From a virus (taxonomy: Duplodnaviria; Caudoviricetes), in the IMG/VR virus record IMGVR_UViG_3300031555_001762: a DNA stretch of 64,000 nt. One strand, 5' to 3'. How positions within the stretch are numbered: position 1 is the stretch's first letter; the number at the start of each line of letters is the position of its first letter. Of this stretch, positions 17,104 to 26,745 are shown in pieces. A program made the position numbers and the translations under genes. The notes beneath the pieces are model-generated. The model did not search any database, had not been told where the DNA came from, and worked only from the letters and a program-made list of their open reading frames with translations.

Positions 17104-18255
17104 ATGGCAAAATCAATTGCAAAGAAAGACTGGGTTAGCAACTTCACTCTTATTGGTGTGCCAAGAATCAATGATTACACTTATAAGATTGATGAGAAGA
17201 GTAAGAATTCAAGCTGGATTTACAATAGCTTGAATCTTGGCGTGGACTGCGGTGAGAAACATGGTTATGTATACGCAGAAATGATGGGCGGTTATTCTGA
17301 TGAGCGCGATAACATCATTTATGTTCATGGCAAGAAGGAAGATGGTAGCGATGATTTCGATAATCGCTTCGAGATTGATTGGGATGACCGTTTCAATGAG
17401 GATATTCTTGAGACGATTGGCGACCTTTGCTTCGTTACCGTAGGCCTCGAAAAGACTGATAAGGGTAAGACTTTCCCTAAGAAGTTCCTTAGCGAATATG
17501 ATGCTATTGCATACGTCAAGAAGCATCTAACCGAAGATATGGTAATTAATGTTCGTGGCAGTCTGAAGTATTCTATCTACAATGAGAAGACTCAGATTCG
17601 TAAGTCAATTAACAGTATCTTCCTCAGCAGCGTAGATGACCCATCTAAGTACAAGGCAACGTTTACTCAGTCGATTCTTCTTGATAAGGATTCTGTAAGC
17701 CAGAAGAATTTCGACAAGGATAAGGGTGTTATGTACGTAGATGCTCGTGTTCTTGACTATCTTAAGGAGCTTAATGGCGTAGAGATTAGAAGCCAGTATC
17801 CTTATCATATCCAGTTTGAGTTTGAGATGCCTAGCGACCAGTCAGCTTGCAAGAAGATTATGGATAAGGTCTTCAAGGTTAAGAAGGGTGTAACCCAGAT
17901 GACGTTCGATGGCGATTTCATTGAAGGCGGCGCAACTGTAACTGCTACTATCGATGATATTCCAGAGGATATCAAGGCTCTAATCGACGTTGTATTTACG
18001 GAGGAAGAGGCTCTTGCCAAGTGCAGTTCTAATGGTAGTCGTGAGCGTAGAATGGTTCTTCGCAAGCCATCGGTAAAGATGGCTGGAGATGATGATAACA
18101 AGGTTCCAGTTCTTCAGAAGTTCGAAGAGCGCTATACGGAGGAGGATCTTGTTATTGATGGTCTTACTAAGGACGAAGATGAAGATGTTGCTCCTTGGGA
18201 AGAAGAAGAGTCTAATTCTGCTGCCGACGATATGGATTGGCTGAACGACCTGTAA
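17104..18255 (+). CDS. probable single-stranded DNA-binding protein
   Basis: Beta-rich, acidic tail ending DDMDWLNDL; precedes Sak4-like gene. Confidence 0.6.
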   Translation: MAKSIAKKDWVSNFTLIGVPRINDYTYKIDEKSKNSSWIYNSLNLGVDCGEKHGYVYAEMMGGYSDERDNIIYVHGKKEDGSDDFDNRFEIDWDDRFNEDILETIGDLCFVTVGLEKTDKGKTFPKKFLSEYDAIAYVKKHLTEDMVINVRGSLKYSIYNEKTQIRKSINSIFLSSVDDPSKYKATFTQSILLDKDSVSQKNFDKDKGVMYVDARVLDYLKELNGVEIRSQYPYHIQFEFEMPSDQSACKKIMDKVFKVKKGVTQMTFDGDFIEGGATVTATIDDIPEDIKALIDVVFTEEEALAKCSSNGSRERRMVLRKPSVKMAGDDDNKVPVLQKFEERYTEEDLVIDGLTKDEDEDVAPWEEEESNSAADDMDWLNDL

Positions 18256-18339
18256 TTAAACTAATAAAGTTATATGTTAAAAGGCAAGAGAGAACATCAC
18301 TCTCTTGCCTATAAACAATAAAAGAAAGGAATGTATTCT

Positions 18340-19494
18340 ATGGCATTTGGCAAAAAGAATCATGTAAATCTTGACCCTCTAGCATATAATATCTGTCTAC
18401 TTGGAGAGTCAAAGGTTGGCAAGACTACCTTGATTAAGGAAGTCTGTGAAAAGCTTGCTGGCGATGACGGCTATCTGTTCTTGGAATGTGGCATGGAGCG
18501 TGGTGCTGACGCTATTGAGGGCATTAATTACATTAACTGCCCAGAATGGAACATGGATTTTGATGAGCTAACTAACAGCGCTGGTTTTGCTGACGTATGC
18601 GAAGACATCATCGAAAATAAGACCAGCGAGTATCCAAATCTAAAGGCCGTTGTTATTGATACATATGACCATCTTATTACCATTGCAGAAGAAGAGTCGA
18701 TTCGTCTGTTTAATAAGGACTGTCGTGAGTCTGGTCATCCAGAGAAGTGTGCTAAGACTGTTAATGGCGCATGGGGCGGCTTTGGTCGTGGCGAAAAGAA
18801 GGCTATGGAACTTATGTTCGATACCATTGGCGAGCTTCGTAAGGTTGGCGTTTCAGCTATCGTTATCGGTCACGTAAAGACCAAGGATGTCTCAGATGTT
18901 GTCTCTGGTGAGAGCTATCAGATTCTTACTTCAGATCAGCAGCAGAATTACTTTAACGCGCTAAAGAAGAATCTACACTTCCTCGGTCTTGCATATATCG
19001 ACCGTGAGCTTGTAAAGGAGAAGACTGGTCGTAAGAGTGCTGCAACCAAGAAGGACGAGGTAGTTACCAAGGTTTCTGGTGAGACTCGCAAGATTAAGTT
19101 CCGCGATGATTCCTATGCAGTTGACTCTGGTTCTCGCTTCGCAGACATTGTTCCTGAAATTGATATGAACGCAGACGAATTCATTAATGCTCTCGTTGAT
19201 GCAATTATGGCTGAGCAGAAGAAGTCTGGCATTTCTGTTGCAGATGCAAAGAAGGAGCAGAAGAAGGCTGCTGATGCAGAGAAGAAGCGAATTGCAAAGC
19301 AGGAAGAAGAAGCAAAGATTAAGAAGGAAGTTAATGATATTGTCGCAGACATTGTAGACTTTATCTCAGCAAATAAGAGCGATATGAATGTTATCAAGCC
19401 TATTATTGAGGCTTGTAAGGAACGTGGATATGCTAATCCAAAGGAAATCGACTCTATTGAAGATGCCAAGGCAATTCTCGCTCTTATTGCATAA
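18340..19494 (+). CDS. AAA_24 / Sak4-like ATPase
   Basis: GESKVGKTT, VVIDT, IGH. Confidence 0.75.
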   Translation: MAFGKKNHVNLDPLAYNICLLGESKVGKTTLIKEVCEKLAGDDGYLFLECGMERGADAIEGINYINCPEWNMDFDELTNSAGFADVCEDIIENKTSEYPNLKAVVIDTYDHLITIAEEESIRLFNKDCRESGHPEKCAKTVNGAWGGFGRGEKKAMELMFDTIGELRKVGVSAIVIGHVKTKDVSDVVSGESYQILTSDQQQNYFNALKKNLHFLGLAYIDRELVKEKTGRKSAATKKDEVVTKVSGETRKIKFRDDSYAVDSGSRFADIVPEIDMNADEFINALVDAIMAEQKKSGISVADAKKEQKKAADAEKKRIAKQEEEAKIKKEVNDIVADIVDFISANKSDMNVIKPIIEACKERGYANPKEIDSIEDAKAILALIA

Positions 19495-19528
19495 TAATTA
19501 ATTTAACAATAAAAGCATTTAATAAAAT

Positions 19529-19570
19529 CCATAACTACCTACAATTAAAAATGTTGTAGGTAGTTATGGT
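19529..19570 (+). terminator. hairpin
   Basis: ccataactacctacaa / ttgtaggtagttatgg inverted repeat. Confidence 0.5.
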
Positions 19571-19592
19571 GTAAATAAAAGGAGAAATAACT

Positions 19593-20213
19593 GTGGCAAG
19601 AAGGTATAAAGATTTGACTGGCGAGAGATTTGGTAAGCTCGTTGTAGTAGAAATTGCAGAAGACCATATTTCTCCAAAGGGCAAAAAAGAAAGGCAATGG
19701 CTATGTAAATGTGATTGCGGAAATGAATTGGTTGTTAGAGGCAGTTATTTAAGAAGCGGGAATAAGGACTCGTGTGGTTGCGAAAGTAAAAGTTGGAAAC
19801 CTCTTTATGCATATATCGAACGTGATATTCTTGGATACAAAGAAGGTGTAACACTCAGCAAAAATCAAGTTCTCAAAGTAAGAGGTTTGGAAAACGGCAA
19901 ACACATTGCAAATAACAGCATTGAAGGTTATGGCAACTATTCTTATGATGTGATATTCAATACATTTAAATTTTGCAAACCAGAAATTCAAAAGAAATTG
20001 ATGAGCATGTCGTTTAATGATGAAAATCACAAATTCAATTACATATTGCGAATTGTAGAAGATAACCTGAACAATGTTTATATGAAGATGGAAAAGATGG
20101 AAAAGTCTAGAAAAGAAGCTGAAAGCTATGACATTTCAGATGTTGCTAATTACTCGGCGACATTTAGACCAAAAGAAATTAAGACAAATGACAGATTAAA
20201 GCATTTATGGTAG
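19593..20213 (+). CDS. hypothetical protein with homing-endonuclease-type N-terminal zinc module, in replication operon
   Basis: DLTGERFGKL...WLCKCDCG...SCGC; directly upstream of helicase. Confidence 0.65.
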   Translation: MARRYKDLTGERFGKLVVVEIAEDHISPKGKKERQWLCKCDCGNELVVRGSYLRSGNKDSCGCESKSWKPLYAYIERDILGYKEGVTLSKNQVLKVRGLENGKHIANNSIEGYGNYSYDVIFNTFKFCKPEIQKKLMSMSFNDENHKFNYILRIVEDNLNNVYMKMEKMEKSRKEAESYDISDVANYSATFRPKEIKTNDRLKHLW

Positions 20214-20228
20214 AGGACAATTGGTTAT

Positions 20229-21734
20229 ATGGCAGAAAAGAATAAAACAAAACTTACGGCATTTGAAAAAGAGCAGATAGATGTTGCGCAAAAGATTTTG
20301 GAATACAAGCTTGGAGCAGAAGCCAATATTGTTGCCATTTTATATAAAGAACCAGAATTAATTTACGATATCAGCCTTGAAAATAAAAGTTTTTCAAATA
20401 ATGTATGGAAAGTATATTGGGAAATTGCTAGTGGCATTGTTTTAACAGAAAAGAAAAAGGCATTAGACGAAATCACAGTTGGATTGTTTTTGGAACAACA
20501 TGACAAATTAAGAGACAAGTATCTTGAATATGGAGGATACGACACTATATCAGCAGCAATGGGATATGTTAAAACCGAAAACTTAGATGGCTATATCTCT
20601 GAGCTGAAAAAATGGAGTGCCGTACTTGAACTTGTTAAATTGGGATTCCCAGTTAAGGACAGGCTTTCTGATTATGCGGATATGACCGAAGAGGAAATCT
20701 ATAATGAGCATGAAGCATACTTAAATCATATATTTGCAAACTCATCTTCTGAAATTAAGAGTTATAATGTGTTTGATGACATGCACAAATTTATTGAGGA
20801 GCTAAACAATGAAAGCGAAGTGGGTATGCCATTTTATAATGCTCCTCTCCTTAGTGGTGAAGTTGGAGGGTTTAATTTAAATGGCAATATTTACGGATTG
20901 GGAGCTGGTTCTGGTGTTGGCAAGTCAACAATGGCATTCAATTACATCATCCCATCTGCTATAGATAGCGGTCAAAAGGTTGTCATGATTATCAACGAAG
21001 AAGACGAGCGTAAAATGCGCAAAGAGCTTTTGATATGGGTTGCAAATAATGTCATTAATAAAGATTCGCATAAAGAAAAGTTGCATAAGCGTACTCTTCG
21101 AGATGGTAATTTTACACCAGATGTTATTGAGCTGTTGAAGAAAAGCGCCGACTGGATTGAAGAGAAAAAAGAAGAGCAAATTCTAACTGTAATTCCACTT
21201 GAAAGATACTCTGTCAATATAGCAATCAAGGTAATTAAGAAATATGCTTCATTAGGGTGTAGAATCTTTATTTTGGACACTCTCAAAGAAAGCTTTGATG
21301 CAAATAGTGACGAAATCTACAAGTCTATGATGAGAGATATGGTCGCTCTTTATGACGTTGTTAAGCCGTCTGCTAAGAATGTTGGTTTGTTTGTTACATA
21401 TCAGCTTGGCAAGGGAAGTTTGAAGATGCGCCATCTCACAAATAATGAAATCGGTCAGGCAAAGTCAATTGTAGATGTTATGTCTGTAAATCTAATGATG
21501 CGCAGACCTTATGATAGTGAATATGAAAGCATCGAATGTTACACTTGGGACACTCTCAAAGGAGACCCAGTTAAGCTACCTTTTAAAATGGAAAAAAAGG
21601 AAAACCCAATGCTGACATTTATTACGAAGAACCGCTTTGGAGTGACAGATGCTTACCAGATTGTATCAAAATGTGATTTAAGTACGAATATTTGCGAGGA
21701 TATTGGATATTGTGTGATTCCTCAAGATTTCTAA
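20229..21734 (+). CDS. DnaB-like replicative helicase
   Basis: GAGSGVGKST Walker A, ILDTLK, TYQL, KNRFG. Confidence 0.85.
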   Translation: MAEKNKTKLTAFEKEQIDVAQKILEYKLGAEANIVAILYKEPELIYDISLENKSFSNNVWKVYWEIASGIVLTEKKKALDEITVGLFLEQHDKLRDKYLEYGGYDTISAAMGYVKTENLDGYISELKKWSAVLELVKLGFPVKDRLSDYADMTEEEIYNEHEAYLNHIFANSSSEIKSYNVFDDMHKFIEELNNESEVGMPFYNAPLLSGEVGGFNLNGNIYGLGAGSGVGKSTMAFNYIIPSAIDSGQKVVMIINEEDERKMRKELLIWVANNVINKDSHKEKLHKRTLRDGNFTPDVIELLKKSADWIEEKKEEQILTVIPLERYSVNIAIKVIKKYASLGCRIFILDTLKESFDANSDEIYKSMMRDMVALYDVVKPSAKNVGLFVTYQLGKGSLKMRHLTNNEIGQAKSIVDVMSVNLMMRRPYDSEYESIECYTWDTLKGDPVKLPFKMEKKENPMLTFITKNRFGVTDAYQIVSKCDLSTNICEDIGYCVIPQDF

Positions 21735-21789
21735 CGATAAATGCAGTAAAGTTATGCTAATATATTGGCTTAACAGGAGGTGAGATATA

Positions 21790-22896
21790 ATGACAATCAA
21801 GACTTTGAAAAAACATATATTTGAAAATAATAAAATAGAGTTTATTTTGGAGAGCATTGGTTGTCATCATATCAAATATAATGCCAACAAAGAGTTCTAT
21901 TCTTGTGGTAACTACAACGGAGATAATATTGGCGCAATTAATGTTAAGAACAATGAATATCTTAATGTTACGAACTGGACAAGAACAGAAGATTTTGGAG
22001 AATGTTCAGATATCATAACGTTAACTCAATATAATAAGCAGTGTTCTTTTATTGATGCCGTCAAGTATCTATATAATTTGCTTGGCCTAGAATATAGTCC
22101 TAGCAAAGCAAATAAAAAAAAGGAAGAAGTCAAATTCGATCCTTTGGCAATATTTAAAAGGGCAAAAAATGCTAAGAAGCGCGTAGATGTTGCTGAAATC
22201 AGAACAATTAACGAAGGTATATTGGATGAGTACATTCCAATCTTACATATTAATTGGTTAAGAGAAGGCATTATGCCTTGGACTGCAAAGAAATTTGGAC
22301 TGGCTTATTCTTATAAAAGAAAAAGAATGATAGTACCATTGAGACACTGGTTAACAGGAGAACTACTTGGTATTAATGCTAGAACGACAATAGAAAACTA
22401 TGAAGAGCTTGGCATAAAGAAGTATTTTATTACACCTTCATATCAAAAATCTCTTAATCTTTTTGGGCTGTTTGAAAATCATGATGACATTCAGGAATCT
22501 GGGTATGTGGTAGTTTATGAGAGCGAAAAAAGCGTATTGAAGCGTCATAGCCTAAGACAAATTAATCCAGAAAAAAACATATATGATTATTCAAATGGAG
22601 TTGCATTATCTGGTCATACGCTATCAGACGAGCAGACGAGAATACTTATCGGTCTTAACGTTGAAATTGTCATAGCACTAGATAATGATGTGCCAATTGA
22701 AGAAGTATGGAGTATTTGTGAAAAATTCTATCATATACGAAATGTGAGTTATATTATTGATGAAGAAAATATGCTTGGAGAGAAAGACAGCCCAGCAGAT
22801 GCCAGAAACGAAGATTTCAGAACTATGCTTGCAAATCGAACTAAATATGATGAAGATAAGCACATGAAATATATGAAGAAATTAAAGAGGGATTAG
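21790..22896 (+). CDS. DNA primase (TOPRIM)
   Basis: VYESEKS, IALDND, KDSPAD. Confidence 0.8.
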   Translation: MTIKTLKKHIFENNKIEFILESIGCHHIKYNANKEFYSCGNYNGDNIGAINVKNNEYLNVTNWTRTEDFGECSDIITLTQYNKQCSFIDAVKYLYNLLGLEYSPSKANKKKEEVKFDPLAIFKRAKNAKKRVDVAEIRTINEGILDEYIPILHINWLREGIMPWTAKKFGLAYSYKRKRMIVPLRHWLTGELLGINARTTIENYEELGIKKYFITPSYQKSLNLFGLFENHDDIQESGYVVVYESEKSVLKRHSLRQINPEKNIYDYSNGVALSGHTLSDEQTRILIGLNVEIVIALDNDVPIEEVWSICEKFYHIRNVSYIIDEENMLGEKDSPADARNEDFRTMLANRTKYDEDKHMKYMKKLKRD

Positions 22897-22905
22897 GAGA
22901 TAAAA

Positions 22906-23139
22906 ATGAAATTGTTGTTCCAAAATTCTCAAGGCGAAGAAAGGGTTATTGCCGAGGTTGGCAGTTTAAAAGAAGCTTGGGAAGAAATAAATAAATTTCT
23001 CGAAGAACACAACTTCAAGAGCTATTACAGTCGCGTATGGGAAAATGATGGTCGATTGATTATTGACGTTGGAAGTTGGAGCGAACACTTCATTGTTGAA
23101 GGGTGTAGCTTTGAAGATTTTCAAAATGAACTAGAATAA
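22906..23139 (+). CDS. hypothetical protein
   Basis: AGGAG RBS; DVGSWSE motif. Confidence 0.7.
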   Translation: MKLLFQNSQGEERVIAEVGSLKEAWEEINKFLEEHNFKSYYSRVWENDGRLIIDVGSWSEHFIVEGCSFEDFQNELE

Positions 23140-23159
23140 TATTGGCAGATAGGAAGTGT

Positions 23160-23732
23160 ATGAATTTTTATATTGCAGATTTGCATTTTGGACATCAGAA
23201 CATTATGTCATTTGACAACCGACCTTTTCCCGATATTGAAACACACGACCAAGTTATCATTGACAATTGGAACAACGTTGTTGGCATTGATGATGATGTG
23301 TATATTCTTGGAGATATTAGTTGGCATAATTCTACAAAGACAATTGAGATTTTCAAGCAGCTTAATGGTAACAAGCATTTGATTGTGGGTAATCACGACA
23401 AGAAGCTTTTAAAGAACCAAAAGCTTAGAAGTCTGTTCGTAGAAATTGCCGACTATAAGGAGCTAACCACAGATAGCGGAATGGGAATTGTTCTTTGCCA
23501 TTATCCAATCCCATGCTTTAATAATCACTATTATGGCTGGATTCATCTATATGGTCATGTTCATAACTCTTGGGAATGGGAAGTTATGGAGCAGACCAAG
23601 AAAGCTTTGATAAAGGCATCTGAAGACAATAAGCCTTGTCGAATGTATAATGTTGGCTGCATGTTGAGTTATATCGGATATGCTCCTCGTACCATTACTG
23701 AAATTTTAGAGGCATGTGAAGGAAGTGAATAA
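23160..23732 (+). CDS. calcineurin-like metallophosphoesterase
   Basis: DLHFGH, LGD, GNHD, CHYP, HLYGHVH. Confidence 0.9.
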   Translation: MNFYIADLHFGHQNIMSFDNRPFPDIETHDQVIIDNWNNVVGIDDDVYILGDISWHNSTKTIEIFKQLNGNKHLIVGNHDKKLLKNQKLRSLFVEIADYKELTTDSGMGIVLCHYPIPCFNNHYYGWIHLYGHVHNSWEWEVMEQTKKALIKASEDNKPCRMYNVGCMLSYIGYAPRTITEILEACEGSE

Positions 23733-24932
23733 ATGGCTAGATTGACAACAGAAGAGCTTAACAAAGTAAAGAAAAAGTATAATGTGTCTACGCTTTATAG
23801 CTGGTCAAAAATCAATTGTTTTATGACTTCTCCTTATGAATATTTTCTTAAATATGTTCTACATAAAAAAGAAGACGTAGACAATTGCGCATACGCTCCT
23901 CTTGGTGGAATTGCACATTCAATTATCGAAAGATATTACGGTGATGAAATTAAGTATGAAGATATGGTTCAAGAGTTTGATGATGGTTGGATTACTGCAA
24001 TTGATGTAGCTGATTTGAAATTTGATCGCAATGATAATACTAAGAATGAAAGTATCAAGAATAAATACAAGGACAATCTTGAGCATTTCTTTAGAAATCA
24101 TACGACCATAAATTCAAAAGTGGCACTTGAAAAATTCATTGCAACTAAAATTGGCAGTTTTGTTCTTCAGGGGTATGTTGACGCAATTTACAAAGATGAC
24201 AATGGGTATTACCATATCGTAGACTGGAAGACGAGCACTAAATATTCTGGCAAAACAGCCGAAGAGAAATGCGGTCAGTTGGTTGTATATGCAATTGGTC
24301 TTTCTCAAATGGGTATTCCAATTGACAAAATTAAAATTTGCTGGAACTTCCTAAAATACGTATCTGTTCAACAGCAGCAGAAGAATGGCAAGTTCAAAAC
24401 TAGAGAAATTGAGCGTTGCAAGCTAGGAGAAAGCCTTCAAAGCAATGCTAAGGTATGGCTAAAAGAATTTGGTTATGCAGATGAAATGGATGCGTATTTA
24501 AAAATGCTGATTGATACAAACAGTATTGAAGTATTGCCAAAAGAAGTGCAAGAAAAGTACGTTGTTTCTGATTGTTATGTATATGTTGATTTGACACAAG
24601 ACCTTATTGATAAGTGGACTGAATGTATCAAGAATACTATTAAGGATATATGCTTAAGAGAGAAAGATTACGAAGACACTGGCAGCGAAATGTGCTTCTG
24701 GGAGAGCGAAGAAGATGTCGAAAAGCAAAGTTACTATTTCTCCACTCTTTGCGGATATAGTGCAAATTTGCATAAGCCTTATAAAAAGTATTTAGAACGT
24801 ATTGAAATGAAGAATAACGGAACTGATTTATTCTGCGACGTTGGAGGAAATAAGGAAGACAATTTCAGCGTCAGCTCATTAAAAAATAATTCAGATGAAA
24901 TAGACCTTTCGTGGCTAAACGATATCGTATAG
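23733..24932 (+). CDS. PD-(D/E)xK nuclease (RecB/Cas4-like exonuclease)
   Basis: YSWSK, G.IAH, GYVD...IVDWKT, QLVVY. Confidence 0.82.
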   Translation: MARLTTEELNKVKKKYNVSTLYSWSKINCFMTSPYEYFLKYVLHKKEDVDNCAYAPLGGIAHSIIERYYGDEIKYEDMVQEFDDGWITAIDVADLKFDRNDNTKNESIKNKYKDNLEHFFRNHTTINSKVALEKFIATKIGSFVLQGYVDAIYKDDNGYYHIVDWKTSTKYSGKTAEEKCGQLVVYAIGLSQMGIPIDKIKICWNFLKYVSVQQQQKNGKFKTREIERCKLGESLQSNAKVWLKEFGYADEMDAYLKMLIDTNSIEVLPKEVQEKYVVSDCYVYVDLTQDLIDKWTECIKNTIKDICLREKDYEDTGSEMCFWESEEDVEKQSYYFSTLCGYSANLHKPYKKYLERIEMKNNGTDLFCDVGGNKEDNFSVSSLKNNSDEIDLSWLNDIV

Positions 24933-24934
24933 AA

Positions 24935-25987
24935 ATGGTGATAATATTGAGTAAGCAATCTCCGTATGCAATTAATTATCTAGGTAAAACATACAACACT
25001 ACAATTCACAAAGACCTAACAGACGAACAGTACAAGCAGGTTGTAGAAGAGTATTACACAAAGCCAGATTTTGACTTGGTAAAAAAGCAGTTTGTTACAA
25101 TTGCTAATGGTGGTACTAAGGTAAATCATATTACGAATTATTATGTCAAAGATTTGATGGCAAAGGTTAAGGTTCATTACAATAACTGGACTATCGAGGA
25201 AGCTTTAAATCACAAGCCGCTAATTGAATTTTTCGCTGGTAAAGCTGCAAAAAATAAAAAGGTTTTTCCAGAGCACAACAGTCTGTGTAAAAACATTGAA
25301 ACGGCATTTAGACTGTGCGGATTTAAAACTGCAAGCAAGCCGTCTAACTTCCCAATGAAGGCAATCGATAGCTTGTTGGATTTATATAATGTAAATGGCA
25401 AGTATTATGACTTTTCTTGTGGATGGGGCGTAAGAATGCTTAGCTCTATGAAGCATGGAATTGAATATTATGGTACAGATCCGAATTATATTCTGTGTGA
25501 AAGACTGAGAAATATGGCATCTGATTATAATGAGGCTACTAATTCGGATGTTAAGACGCATATCTACACACAGGGAAGCGAAGTATTTATACCAGAATTA
25601 GAAGGAAGCATTGGGTTTGCATTTTCAAGTCCTCCATACTTTAACTTAGAAGATTACAAGATTGGCGAACAATCTTGGAAAGAGGGAGTTACGTATGATT
25701 CTTGGAAGCATGATTATCTAGAACCTACTATTAAAAATATATATAAATATTTAACCGACGATGGATATTTCGCAATTAATATTAACAACTTTAACAAATA
25801 TAACGATTATGATTTGGTTGGAGATACATATAATTTGGCTATTAACAATGGGTTTGTTTTAGTCGATGTTATGCCGCTGGAAAACATAACCCGCTGCTCT
25901 GGTCATAAAGAGTGGGAAAAGGGAGATATTTGCTGGCACGATAACAACGAAAAAATTATGGTGTTTGGCAAAAATAATAAGGAGTAA
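24935..25987 (+). CDS. amino-DNA methyltransferase (N4-C/N6-A); start uncertain
   Basis: DFSCGWG SAM-binding motif and SPPY catalytic motif. Confidence 0.82.
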   Translation: MVIILSKQSPYAINYLGKTYNTTIHKDLTDEQYKQVVEEYYTKPDFDLVKKQFVTIANGGTKVNHITNYYVKDLMAKVKVHYNNWTIEEALNHKPLIEFFAGKAAKNKKVFPEHNSLCKNIETAFRLCGFKTASKPSNFPMKAIDSLLDLYNVNGKYYDFSCGWGVRMLSSMKHGIEYYGTDPNYILCERLRNMASDYNEATNSDVKTHIYTQGSEVFIPELEGSIGFAFSSPPYFNLEDYKIGEQSWKEGVTYDSWKHDYLEPTIKNIYKYLTDDGYFAININNFNKYNDYDLVGDTYNLAINNGFVLVDVMPLENITRCSGHKEWEKGDICWHDNNEKIMVFGKNNKE

Positions 25988-25989
25988 AT

Positions 25990-26265
25990 ATGAGTATCGA
26001 AGAGAAATTGTATAATGCTGGTTTCGAAGATGTAGTGTATTTCCCAGATTACGGTGAAGAATGTATTATTGGAATCGATTCGAATAACAGAGCTGTTTAT
26101 AGCTTTGAAAAAATGGTGCGTTATTTAATGAAGGATGGCACTGACGATATCGATGCTATTGAATGGATTGAATATAATACAATTCGTGCATTGCCTTATA
26201 TTGATAATCAAACTGACGGTCATGCGCCAATTATCGTATATGACGCAGATTGGCTAGGATTTTAA
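25990..26265 (+). CDS. hypothetical phage protein
   Basis: CIIG...AVYS...AIEWIEYNT. Confidence 0.72.
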   Translation: MSIEEKLYNAGFEDVVYFPDYGEECIIGIDSNNRAVYSFEKMVRYLMKDGTDDIDAIEWIEYNTIRALPYIDNQTDGHAPIIVYDADWLGF

Positions 26266-26297
26266 ATCATGCATCTCAGAGAATGTGAGATAGACAA

Positions 26298-26606
26298 ATG
26301 TTTGGATTTAACATAAATTTCGGTGGCATGGATGAGAAATTTGAAGCGTTTGATTGCACAATTGACATTGAGGCAAACGGCAATAGGCAACGCAACAGAA
26401 TACAAGCTCCTCGAATCATGATTGAACAACAATTCTCAGGAGTATGCCAAGAGATTGCACAGATGAACACTCCAGCTACTGCAAAGCTAAGCAGAATTGC
26501 AAAGTGTTATAGCGACTTGAATGACAATGTTGTTGAGCGCGAAGTCTATATTTTGTTCGAGAACGATGCATGTTGCAACGAACGTAAAAACGAACAGCGT
26601 GAATAA
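26298..26606 (+). CDS. hypothetical protein
   Basis: 102 aa ORF in operon. Confidence 0.65.
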   Translation: MFGFNINFGGMDEKFEAFDCTIDIEANGNRQRNRIQAPRIMIEQQFSGVCQEIAQMNTPATAKLSRIAKCYSDLNDNVVEREVYILFENDACCNERKNEQRE

Positions 26607-26745
26607 ATGTGAATAAAATATGGAGAAATTTAATTTTTATCCATACTAATAATGTTATATGCTAAAATCATAGGGAGCTTTTCAGTTGTTTATACTGAAA
26701 GGTTCCCTAAAGGTTTTTTTGTTAAGCATAAAAGGGAGAGTCAGC

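Noticed and set aside
23733-24932. Cas4 of a CRISPR system
   Set aside because: Lies in the replication operon with no cas1 or array; better explained as a phage exonuclease.
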